Source: Chrysomallon squamiferum (taxonomy: Eukaryota; Animalia; Mollusca). Taken from it: a stretch of 64,000 nucleotides of DNA. Below are positions 1 through 12,380 of the stretch, piece after piece. The notes beneath the pieces are model-generated. The model was not told where the DNA came from. It searched no databases and worked only from the letters and a program-made list of their open reading frames with translations. The position numbers and the translations under genes are program-made. The stretch covers positions 10,974,001-11,038,000 of the forward strand of contig CM022669.1 in the NCBI GenBank assembly GCA_012295275.1. Direction: 5' to 3'. Within the stretch, counting starts at the first letter, position 1, and the number at the start of each line of letters is the position of its first letter.

Positions 1-754
1 TCACTCATATAAAAATGTCTGTTCTTCCCAATAATTAGTCTAAACATTTTCTGCACATTTTCTTCCAAGGGATCGTTTGATTTCCAATTTATGATCATTC
101 TTTGTTAATAATAAAAGTTTGATAATAAAATAACAACCTGAACAATTCTACAGACATTGTCATTTCCCGGAGTATTTACACATTATTCTCCTAAGATGTA
201 AAACAAATTCTAACAGACTGAGTAATACATTTGGTAACTTGCGGTTATCTTTATATGTGTAAAATAATAATAATAATTAAAAAAAAAAAAAAAAGTTTAA
301 AAAGGGAATGGGAGGGTGATATATATATCACAGTTATCTTGTTGCTTATTGCCAATCATTATTATTATCAAGCACTAAAGTCTAGGTATAAATAAAACAA
401 TAATCATAATGTATTCAAAATTATTTATGTAATCTTTTCGTACCAGAATAGATACACATTAAAAAAGAATATAACTATGTTTAACGACTTGAATTTTTTT
501 TTTTTTTTTATTATTATTATTAAAAAGAGGCAATTATATTCTGAGATAAAATAAATAAATAAATAATGTATTAACTTGTCTGATGTTGTAGAAACAAATA
601 AACAGGTACAGAAATATATTTTTGACTACAGTAAAAATATCTTTTTAATCAAGATATTTTTATTTGTTTATTTGTCATTACCATCATCATTATAATCAAT
701 ATTATGATTACCTTCGTTATCGTCATCATCATCATCATCATCATCATTATTATT

Positions 755-793
<39 letters not shown>

Positions 794-1349
794 ATGTTAT
801 TTATTTATTTACTCACTTATTATTTGTTCATTTATTAATTTAATTATTTACTTACTTACTTATTTGTTTGTTTATTTATCGCCATTCTTTTTGTTTTATA
901 ATTATTTATTTATTCATTCATTCACTAATTCATTTTGAAAAAAACACACAAAAAACAAATGTAATTTGTAAATGTTTATACGTGTATGAAACTAAACTGA
1001 GCAAATAAAACTATATGTTCCACAATTTTCCTATTCACTTACTGCACACTAACGTCTACACTTGAAAATCTCAACACGACAGATTATCCTTAGTACGATA
1101 AATGTATCTACCACATTCCCGTCACTTACCATCAACATGAAACTTATCCCTTTTAAATTAAGTTTAGCAGATCAGAATTAGCAGCTGCCAGTATTGTAAA
1201 AAAAATAAATGTGTATTCTGTTCTTTTCTTAATTGTTGTGACGTAAAATTATTGTTGACGTCAAAGTTGCCTTTAACAACAGATGGTGAGTAATCGTAAT
1301 ATTTATTTATTTATTTATTTAGCTAGTTAGTTATACGTAACAAAAGTAA

Positions 1350-1850
1350 TACTGTAGTAGTAGTAGTAGTTGCTGAAATATTGTAGTAATAGTCGTTGTA
1401 CGTAGTAATAGTAATAGTCATTCTACGTGGTAGTAGTCCTAGTAGTATTAATAGTAACAGTTGTAATGATATCTAGTAGTAGTGCAGTAATATTGATAGT
1501 TTTAGTACTAGTATTTGTAGTAATGGTAGCAGTAGTAGTAGCAGTAGCAGTAGTAGCAGTAGTAGTAATAGCAGTAGTAGTAGTAGAAGTAGCAGTTATA
1601 ACAGTAATTACTTGTAGTCTTGTACTAATAGTACTACTAATAATAGCGGTAATAATAATTAGTAATAGTTTAATAATAGTAGCAGTGGTAGTACTAATTG
1701 TCGTCAAAGTGATAGCAGTAGCAGTAGCAGTGGTGGTTGTATTTAGTCATTGCTGATTTTAGTAGAAATAGTAGTAATAATAATATTTAGTCCAAACAAT
1801 AGTGCTAGCAGTAACAGTAATAACAGTTAGTAGTAGTAGTCTTCAGTACA
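1350..1850. repeat. Degenerate (TAG/TAA/CAG)n trinucleotide low-complexity tract (similar tract at ~33760-33950)
   Basis: Directly visible; source of the poly-Val and poly-Thr ORFs. Confidence 0.9.
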
Positions 1851-2289
1851 AACACAGCATTCCCATTAAAGAATGAAATAATAATAAAAATAATCACAAC
1901 AACAATAATAATACCAGTAATAAAAAAAAAAAATTCCTTTCAAATTGTGGCATAAAAGTTGTTAAATTGTTAAACGTCTGGTGTGACATTCGGTCAAAGG
2001 GAAATAACCGCTCACTGGAAAATGTTTTTTAACTGTATGTCTGTGAAGCTAAACATTTCTGGTTCGTAATGATATAAAAAAATAAATATGTAACGACAAA
2101 TGTACACAGACACAGACACAGTACACACACACAAACACACAAACACACACACAAACACGCACAGATAGACAAACAGACCAATATAAACACGTGTTCGCCG
2201 AGAACCAAATATATATTTGTGTTTTTTATCCATGGATGTCTATGTGTATAGGTGTCTGTTTGTACGTACTAACGTACACACGTGTGTGT

Positions 2290-2337
<48 letters not shown>

Positions 2338-3889
2338 ATGTTTGTATGCATGCATACTGATGAGTATATAATTATACTGAAAAAGAAGTGCACTTGCGAA
2401 ATAATTTGCTCTTCAGTAATTAAATAGACAACGTAGAAATATTCTTGAAATAACCTCAAGTCAAAATTTAACTGGTAAGAAGATAATGGGGTTAAATCTA
2501 TTGGCAGATTTGATATGAAATATCCCATCTATGAACAACAAATATTAGCAAATCATAAAAACGATTTTGTAAGTAGGTGTTTGAGTGAATGAATGAGTAC
2601 GTGTGCGTGTATGTGTGCTTGTGTGCGTGTATGTGCGTGTGTGCGTGTAGGTACTTTTGTGCGTGTATGTGCTTGTGTGAGCCCTGAATATGTTTACAAC
2701 CATCAACTATTCCCATGAACTTAATTTTAACTGCAATGCACTTAATTCCACATACAACTTTAAATCAACGTTTATTTTCAGCCTTTTGTTAAAACAGAAT
2801 TATTTTTACTTCTTAAAATGGAATCTGCGCATTCTATTCATGTTCGGAATTGTTTATCAAACAGTCACACCCCGTAAAGATTTTTTTCAATACCTCATCG
2901 TTTCATCAACACCACGGTATTTACCTTATAAACATACTTTCTGGTCGATATCATCTTATCACTTTGCTACCTGGAGTGACGCTTTGAAACGAACACAAAG
3001 AAATCGACACGGTCATATTTGTTGAGTCAAGAGAGAAAAAGACTGTTACTTTTTAATCTGTCTTTGTTATTTAGTTTGTCTCGTCTGTTCTGTCATCTAC
3101 TTTTCACTCAGTATCGGCTTTCTTTTCTTTGTCCTTTCTCTAATTGTTAAAAGTACATTTGAATATTCATTTCATTCTACTCCTTTTCAGATAATGACAA
3201 GATGTATGAAATATAGTATATGTACACAAACGTACACACACACACACACGTGTGTATGCACGCACATATATACATTACAAACACACAAAAACACAGGCAC
3301 ATACAGACAACTTGTAATTATATATTTTATATGTATGTGTGTAGAATGTATGTATGTATAAATGGATGGATGGATACTTATATATAGATTTATGGATGGA
3401 CCGACATATGGACGGGTATAAAAGTAGGCATGTTGTTAACGTAGGTATGCGTGCGTGTATGCGTGCGTGTGTGCGTGTTCGGTAAATTTACAGACAGACG
3501 GATGAATGGATGAGTAGACCTGTGGGATATGGGGATGGATTAATATTAATGATTATATTAATCAGTATTAATTGTAACGTGCGGATGGATATGTGGACGG
3601 ACGAATGCTGATGACTCCATTACGTCTCCGTATTAATTGTAATGTATAAACATTTTAATTACTGGCAAGTTTATTACATATTTGCATTGATTTTAGTATG
3701 GAGCTATATTTTATTTTTGGTGAGTTTGTTTCGTGTTTATTAATTGTAATATATGTATTACGATCTATATCTACATCTGTATATATCTATCAATCGATCT
3801 GTCTATCTATCTATCTATCTCTATATCTCTAATGTTGTTTTAAACTTTTTAAACTTTTTGTATCTTTCAAAATTCTGATTATAGAGGTT

Positions 3890-3933
<44 letters not shown>

Positions 3934-4926
3934 TCATTCATTTATTAGAATTGTGATTAATCAGATTTTGTACACCTTTTCCTTTTGTTAGGGTTAAAGT
4001 ATCATTGCTTTGACGTCAACAGTTATTTGACCTCATAACAAAGACAGTAACATATTATAATAATAATAGTCACAGTGACAGTTCTTTTCCTGTGACGTTT
4101 TTTTCCTAGAATCGTTTATTTTGGCAGATTAGAACTATGTTCGGTAAGTTTGGTTTTGGGCTGTTCTTGTAATAATTCATTCATTCATTCACATGTCTAT
4201 AAATTTCCATATATTTCTATATTTAAATATTTTGAGATATTCATATATAAATATGTTGCTAAATTAATATCCATCCGTTATTATGGCCTATATTCAATAA
4301 CCCTTCACGTTTTAAGAATGGAATAAAAAGAGTTTGAAAAATGAAATAATTATCATACAGTATAGTTAGCAAAGACTGGTTCGAAATCACAAATAAAACA
4401 TTATTTTGGAGATGCATATATACAGTCTGCATTTCAGCGGCTTTTTCGAAGCATCTAAGGTATATTTTAAAGTTAAAACACTGTAATTTTGTAACAGAAT
4501 TAAGATTTTAGCAGGGTAAACTGAAGTATTTTAATTTAAATATTATGAGATAACTGTTTAATATTTATCTGTATAATTGAAGCTATTTGAATAAAATTAT
4601 CTTGCTTGTTTTGGTGTTGTTGTCTGGGTACTTCTACAGGATTTTTTTTTCTTTTTTCTTTTATCAGTTTTTGGAGGTGTTTGCTTGATGTTCTTGTTTT
4701 TGTTGGGTTTTTTATTGTTTTTTTTGTTGTTTTTTTCAGTTTTTTATGTGTTTTGCTGCTTTTCTTCTTATTATTATTTTTCTCTTTGAAAAAACATTCG
4801 TATTATTTAATTTATTCATAATAAATCTCTAATTTTTATTATTATTACTCTTTCACTGAACGATATCGGAAATGAAGGAAGTATTTATTAAAATATCAGA
4901 CATACATACATACATACATACATACA

Positions 4927-4957
<31 letters not shown>

Positions 4958-5518
4958 GTATACATGAAGAGATACATGTACCTGACTAACAAACAAAATG
5001 ATTGCAGACTCAGAGAAGCCATAATCTGTATTCAAAGATCTCGGTTCAAATCCGCGTTCCCACACAGAACATATCAGAGAATGCAATTAAAGATTTTATT
5101 GCTGTTGTTGTTGTTATTTTTTTTTTTTTTTTTTTTTTTTTTGGTTTATTTTTTAGGGGTTTATTTTTTTTTATTTTTTATTTATTTTTTTTTTTTTTTT
5201 TTTTTTTTTTTGTTATATGAGTCCTTTTTGATGCAATAAAAAAACAAAAATTATTCTTTCAAATGTATGAAACAAATTATAGGTTTCGTACGATTTCTAG
5301 TCTTAATTTCAAAATTGTCGTTATGTATATATTGTCAATACAAATGTGTATGTGTGTGTGTTTTTTTGTATTATTATTATCAGAAAATTCGTATTTACGT
5401 TGCTGTAAATGTCACTTATTATATTATGTAATTTATTATATTTTTTCTTCACATATTTTAACTATAATTATTTCAAAAGAATAATAAGTGAATATAAAAA
5501 GACAGTAAAATACATACA

Positions 5519-5554
<36 letters not shown>

Positions 5555-6743
5555 TACGTACATACACACACACAAATGCGCGCACACACGGAAACAAACA
5601 TACACAAAATACCCAGTGAATGTAAGTATGATGATGACTACTGTCAACAATATTAACTACAATGAGAAACAAACCTTTTTTCTTCTTCTTCTTAATAAAG
5701 AATTCTTACAATTAAATCGTTTAATGAAATCTGAACTCTTAGGACTTTTTATGTATTTTACATAGTTTATCTGTTTTAGTTAAAGACATCAGATTCAAAA
5801 CCTCACTTTGTGTATGTGTATCTCCTTAGAGAACTCTGTCTGTGTGTGGTCATTTCTAACGAAATTCTAACCGTGAATTTCACAACGTTATTGACATCAT
5901 GTTCACCTTTAAATATCGTCAAAAAATTAAAATTAAAATAAAAAAATAAATGAATTTGCATAGGTATTTTTGTAATACTAATTTGTTAAAATTACACAGT
6001 CTCTTTTCGTTTCATCTTCACGGCCATAAAACAAATATTCTGTTCAAAACGCTGTGTAATATCTGTTTTTAAATTTAGCTCATCTTGAACGGTCGTTAAA
6101 TCTAGAAGCGTGACGAATCGGTAATCGCAACGAGACAGGTCGAGCGTGGAAGTTTTCAACTTTAAATGGGCGTTTAATTTGCCACGGGATGGTTTCAAAT
6201 CGCCTTTTAAAACATGCACAAGGTGCGGTTTATAAATTTAAAACAAAAATATTCAACACTGCTTGTAATAATATAATAATTATTATAGATGTTGTGAGCG
6301 AAGTTTATGCGGAATGCAATTAAGAAAGTGTATTTTATTTTATTCGATTTTTTTTTTATTTATATATATAAATTTTTATTATAATTATAATAATTTTTTT
6401 CGTTAAAACTAGATTTACGAAAAGAAACTGAAGTAATATTGTATATAAAATTATTGATTCGTCAATGTAATTAATTATTCTGTATTCAAAATGATACTTG
6501 GTCAAAATCAGTAAATTTTATATTTAAAAAGTTTTTATATAGTCAGTATAATTAAACTATTTGTCAATATTTTGTCAATATTACTCAATTATATCCAAAA
6601 ACATATAGAGAGTTATTCAGTATTATTCTTTTTTTAAATTAAATGATTAGATATATTCAGTAATATACTATTTTATTTTTATAAATTAGTTTAATTAATA
6701 TTATTCGACTTAATAATAAAAAAAATTCTTTAAAATATTTTGC

Positions 6744-6783
<40 letters not shown>

Positions 6784-7159
6784 TTGTTTTTTGTTGTTGT
6801 TGTTGTTGCTGTTATTGTTGTTTACTTGTTGTTGTTTTTAACATTAAAGTAAAACTAAACTGAATGGAATTCCAAAAATGGAAATTATTAAACAGAATGT
6901 AAACTGGCATTATTAACATATTCGTATTAACTATAATTAATTAGTGAACTCGTCATGATGACAAAGTATATTTCTCATAATATACCTACCTACCTACATA
7001 AATACATACATACAGTGATCACAGATATCATCTCATAATCGTTATTATTATTATTAACATTTCTGTTCTACAGTTACACTACTACTACTACTACTGTTAC
7101 TATAATACAAAAACAACAACTACTACTACTATTACTAATGCCATTAAATCTACTGCTTT

Positions 7160-8045
7160 TCAAGTTCAGTTCTTTATTCGCCATAAGTTAGAAAAAACGT
7201 ATCAGTATAAATACATACATAAATAATCACAATATATATGCAAATATACAAATACAGTTGGAGACTGATTAAAGACTAAATGGCAAAGTTAACATAGTAC
7301 ACTAGTAATAGTGCTGGGATATACGTAGGTACTATAAACATTATCGAGGTAAAGTAATAATTCTAAATATATAAATGTATATAAATATTGAAGTATACCA
7401 AATCAAATACGATTAATATACTGAAACGGCAAGTTAGTATATGTCATATTTTAGGTAAGCTGCACTAAAATATTCTCTAACTTTATTTCCAAAGTTAAAT
7501 AGTACTAGTACAATTATTACTTCATTCGTATTATTTTCATCACTTCGGACTTAAACTATGATGACGCAAATAAATTCTGACCAACAAAATCAACGACATG
7601 TCAAATACACGCTTTTGTCTTTTTGAAGATCATCTCTGATGTTTACGTATAACAAAACTTTTACAAACTGAACAGATGTATCTCGGCGATACTCTGGCTC
7701 TTGTAAAATGTATCATGAACCACACAAACATCTGATGTATCATAATACAAACAAACATCTGATGTATCATAATACAAACAAACATCTGATGTATCATAAT
7801 ACAAACAAACATCTGATGTATCAATAATACAAACAAACATCTGATGTATCAATAATACAAACAAACATCTGATGTATCATAATACAAACAAACATCTGAT
7901 GTATCAATAATACACACATTTCTCAAGTGGTTTCACAAAGTTTCGCGTTGTTTCTGTAATGTCTGGTAAACTTTGGAGAAATTGAAAACATAAGTCTGTC
8001 GTTTTTACCGTTGTGAAATAGAAAATACAACGTTTTATCAAAATT
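7160..8045 (-). mobile_element. Possible decayed 3' end of a non-LTR retroelement, interrupted by the 26-bp minisatellite
   Basis: Minus strand ends ...ggcgAATAAAgaactgaacttgaa (AATAAA plus short tandem tail) and has a CxxC-containing remnant (RYICSVCKS) upstream. No RT domain is visible, so weak. Confidence 0.25.
7722..7916. repeat. Young 26/27-bp minisatellite, ~7 copies (aaacatctgatgtatca(a)taatacaaac)
   Basis: Directly visible; produces the repetitive spurious ORFs 7630..7836 and 7661..7864. Confidence 0.92.
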
Positions 8046-9499
8046 AATAAATTTTTAAAACGGATTTACATGATATTAATAATAAATAAAACAGAATAAT
8101 AATAATAATAATAATAATAACAACGACAACAACTAGACCTAAACAATAACTGTTAATCTTGTTGTTATTATCATTAAACTTTATTATTAGCATTATTATT
8201 AATAGTAGTAGTAGTAGTAATTGTAGTAGTAGTTGTTATGTTTACAATACATAAAGTACATGAATCCGCTGTTGTTATTTTGTTTATATCTTTTTACGAA
8301 GAATAAGTGTTTTTGTGTCTTCGTGTACATAAAAAAATGTGTGTATGTGCTTGGATGTGTTTTTGTTTGAGGATCTTTAATTTTAGGTTTTCGGTTAGTG
8401 GATGTATTATTTGTTGTTGTTTTTTCATATATTTATTCGTATTGTTATTTGTTTGTTTTTTATATTGATAATATTGTTGTTAGTTTTTGTTTCACACACA
8501 CACATACCCCCCTCTATACGCATGGTTTTATTTATGTTTTAACCAATATATTTAAAATATTTAATTTATATATATATTTCTGATATCGTTACTCGAACCT
8601 ACAAATGCATATAAAATCAAAACTCTAGGCATTAACATCACTATTTTATCAAAGAACAACATTTATATACCCAGAAACGGTCGTACACACTTCACAACGC
8701 AAACTAAATTGTATAAAACAACTTAAAACAGCTCTTGCGTCTTTGCCAAACCAGTCTACATCTCGCCAAGGATTCAAAACCACGCAGAGAAACTAAGAAC
8801 GTGAAAGTGGACTTAATTTGGCGTGTCCGCTGTATGCACGTGAAACTCTGGCAGTTCTCCCCGGGGGTGGTGAGTTGGCAGTATTCGCCAGGAAGTACAC
8901 AAGAAAGGACTCTGGGATAGACAAATCTCACGTGATAAACCTGCCCATCCCAGTCACCGAGCAAGACTTGACTCTTCCGCTATCAGGGAAGATACAGAGA
9001 TTGCTGGAAGAGTTCCACAGATTAGTGGTCTGAAGTTGGGGTTTACGTGTCTGTGTGTTTGTTGTATGTGTGTGTGTGTGTGTCTGTACATCTGACGCGG
9101 TTGAATTTAGATTAGATGTATTTAATTATCCATTAAAGAAGTATTATTTAAGATGAATAAATACAAAATTTAAAAAGGTGAAATAAATTCACGAATGTGC
9201 GCGACTGTAATGATGGATTAATGGATTAATGAATGGATGGAAGGTTGAATGAATGAATGAACGAATGAGAAATGAACTCTGTTTAACGATACCTCATAAG
9301 ATTGCAAAATCTCTAATTACTGGGGGTTTTTTGTTGTTGTTGTGTTGTTTTTGTTGGGTTTTTTTTTTTTTTTTTTTCTGGGGGGCTATGTTTGTATGTG
9401 TGTGTGTGTGTGTTTGGTTTTTTTTTATTAATTTTTTTTTCGTAATCTACTTCATATGAAAAGTGATGCAGCTATTTCATAGACTACTAATTTATAATA

Positions 9500-10420
9500 C
9501 GGCGTTCTCTGTTGTTTGAAGATGGTGATTTGTATGACTAACAACCTATTTTACATTATCTGTGTGTGTATTACACAGCGTATTGCGTTGTTTGAGGATA
9601 ATGATAATGTATTTCACATACACACCCATATACAAATTCACACACCCACACAGACAATCACAAAGACATACGCATATATATTTATATATACACACACGGT
9701 GCAGAGTACTGCGTTGTTTGAAGATAGTGAAGTTTGCCTTAATAACATTTCTACACACGGACAGCCACACACACATAGTTATATATAGTTAATGACGTAT
9801 TTACACATATACAGCTAATGACGTATTTTACACATATACTGCTAATGACGATTTTACACATATACAGCTAATGACGTATTTTACACATATACTGCTAATG
9901 ACGATTTTACAATATGTAATCTAAGTATGTTGCGTTGTGTAAAAATAGTTTTATATAGCTAATGATGTATTTTAGAATATGCAATACAAGTGTATTGTGC
10001 TAATGACGTATTTTATAATATGTAATACACGTTTATTGTGTTGTTAAGATAGTGATATATAGCTAATGACGTATTTTATAATATGTAACACAAGTGTATT
10101 ATGTTGTGTTAAGATAATGATATATAGCTAATGAGATATTTTATAATATGTAACACAAGTGTATTATGTTGTGTTAAGATAGTGATATATAGGTAATGAG
10201 ATATTTTATAACATGTAATACAAGTGTATTGTGTTGTGTTAAGATAGTGATATATTGCTAATGAGATATTTTGCAATATGTAACACAAATGTATTACGTT
10301 GTATGAAGATAGTGATATATAGTAATGAGATATTTTATAATATGTAATACAAGTGTATTGCGTTGTATGAATTTAGTTATATGTAGCGAATAACGTATTT
10401 TACATATTTGTTGAAAATGA
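9500..10420. repeat. Degenerate ~62-bp minisatellite (gctaatgacgtattttataatatgtaatacaagtgtattgcgttgtgttaagatagtgatatata) with nested ~26-bp sub-array
   Basis: Long units visible at ~9960-10400, short units at 9790-9910, diverged copies at ~9500, 9580 and 9710. Confidence 0.88.
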
Positions 10421-10609
10421 AAATAATGTGTAACATAGTTTACATTCTTGTAATAATGTTTAGCTTAAATACATATAATAAAATATTTTTCACATGTTGA
10501 AAATTGCGTTGTAAAGTATATTAAGATGAAATTAAACAATAATAAGAAAGTAAGTAAATAAATAAACTTACTAATTATTTACTTTAAATAAATACTTTAA
10601 AAACAATTT

Positions 10610-11260
10610 AACCACATATGACGTCATTTATTTGTTAGATAAAAGAAAAGAAAAACGTCAAAGATTATTTGATTTACGTCGTAAAAAATTTAATACAAAG
10701 TCGAAACTCGTTTGTAAACGGGGAGAACCGCATCGTGGAGTTAGTTTGTAAGATTTGCCGTAGATTTAAATTTATTAAAATTCAAACAGACGAAGCAAAC
10801 ACGAAACCACTTGACAAACAATATCACTTTCATAATTCGTGCCCTCCAGAGAACGCGCGGTATTTAGCAAAGCCACAGAAAAACAGATTTTTATCACTTG
10901 TCAAATTTGTACTTCTCTTGCCAAGAAAAAAAAAAATGATGTCTTCTGCGTCTCCAACTCTGTCGTCTGCGTCATCGAAATTCACCTCAGGTTCAAAATC
11001 TGACCAAAAGGTGACGATAATCTCAGTGACCAGTGGCCAGTGGGTGATAGATCAAACAGGTTCTTTGGCACAGAAAGGCGGTTCTGTTTAGTAAGCGGCC
11101 AGAGACGAAACCCCGCGAATGACCTGTCATAATCTCGTGACGTCATCGGTGGGTTTACGATTCTTTGTTGAATGGAGGCCTTCTGACGTCAGAAAATTCG
11201 AGGATATTATCATATAATCTGTATCTAATGCCTGGCTGCGTGTTGTGTAGTATTTAAGGT
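10610..11260. promoter_or_regulatory. CRE-rich regulatory island
   Basis: Three full TGACGTCA palindromes (10619, 11138, 11184), GTCGTCTGC motifs (10941 variant, 10962) and elevated GC/CpG. Confidence 0.45.
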
Positions 11261-11443
11261 CACTGTGGATACGTTTTGTAACGCAACAATGCTGTATTAA
11301 AAGTAATACGAGTGTGAAAGTATTTTGATTTTGGATTTTGAATTTTCTGATAAGGGATGCTGAAATGACTGCCTCTCACTTCATGCAAACCTGCCTGTTT
11401 GCATTTGTAAGGAAGTTTGTACGTTTGTTTGTTGTTGTTGTTG

Positions 11444-11481
<38 letters not shown>

Positions 11482-11594
11482 CTTGTTGTTTTTTCTTGTA
11501 GCGGGTTGCTTTATTTTTGCTTCTATGCTTTCTTATGTGATATGTAAAATTATTTTATAATGACCCATGTGATTTTTATATATAAATATACTAG

Positions 11595-12380
11595 TATGCT
11601 GCATAATTAAATTTGATCTGCTAATGATAGTACAGTGAAGATATATAATTAAATCTGAAACACTAGCAATAGTGGATTGTGCTACATACAATTCATTTTG
11701 ACGTACTACAATAGTGAAATATGATACATAAATCAATTTGACACACTAACAATAATATATTAATCTACATCATTCAGTCTGATATACAAACAATAGGAGT
11801 GAATGCTGTATAATTCAGTTTGATCAACAGTAATTCAGTACGCTATATAATTCTGTTTTACACACAAACAACAGTGCAGTATGTTACATAAATCAGTTTT
11901 ACATACTAATAACAGTACTGTGTGTTACATAATTCTTTTTAACTTTTAACAGTAGAATGGTATGCTGCATAATTCAGTGTGATTGATACTAATGCAAAAT
12001 CTACATAATTCAACAAACACAGTAGGGCAGTACGCTGTATTATTCAGTTTGGTGTATAACAAAAGCGTAGTAATTCAATGCTGACATATTCACAATACTT
12101 CAGTATAGTCAATTTGATTATCTGTAACGCAGTATATTATTCATTTCAAATTTACACAGTTCAGTGTGACGTACTAACAGTACAGCAGTAATTCAAGCTG
12201 ACACACTATACTGCCACACAGAACATAAGTCAAACTGATTAACAATAAGGCAATACGTTACGTCAACTCTACACAATGGCGCAGTATGCTACGTAATTCG
12301 GTGTGACGTATTAACAGTAGAGCAGTAATTCAAGCTGACACGCTCACAATACTGCAGCTCGCTGCGTTATTCAGTTTGTC
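11595..12380. repeat. Old, highly diverged ~41-bp tandem array (consensus ~TATGCTACATAATTCAGTTTGACACACTAACAATAGTGCAG)
   Basis: Recurrent taattcagtt/tacataa/aacagtag motifs at roughly 30-45 bp spacing; closer internal duplication 12160-12207 vs 12297-12344. Confidence 0.8.

Noticed and set aside
1423-1756. Poly-Val / poly-Thr ORFs, and the many Ser-Leu, Glu-Arg, His-Thr, Cys-Val, poly-Phe and poly-Asn ORFs across the window
   Set aside because: They are translations of microsatellite and low-complexity tracts with no splice or homology support.
5020-5070. Isolated B-box GGTTCAAATCC
   Set aside because: No matching A-box or cloverleaf; at most a very decayed SINE fragment.
8704-9033. GC-rich island with three short overlapping ORFs
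   Set aside because: No recognisable protein and no convincing splice-site pair; better explained as regulatory DNA (two CACGTG, ETS-like site).
10669-11091. 140-aa plus-strand ORF
   Set aside because: Non-ATG start, crosses a poly-A run, no domain similarity; overlaps a motif-dense regulatory island.
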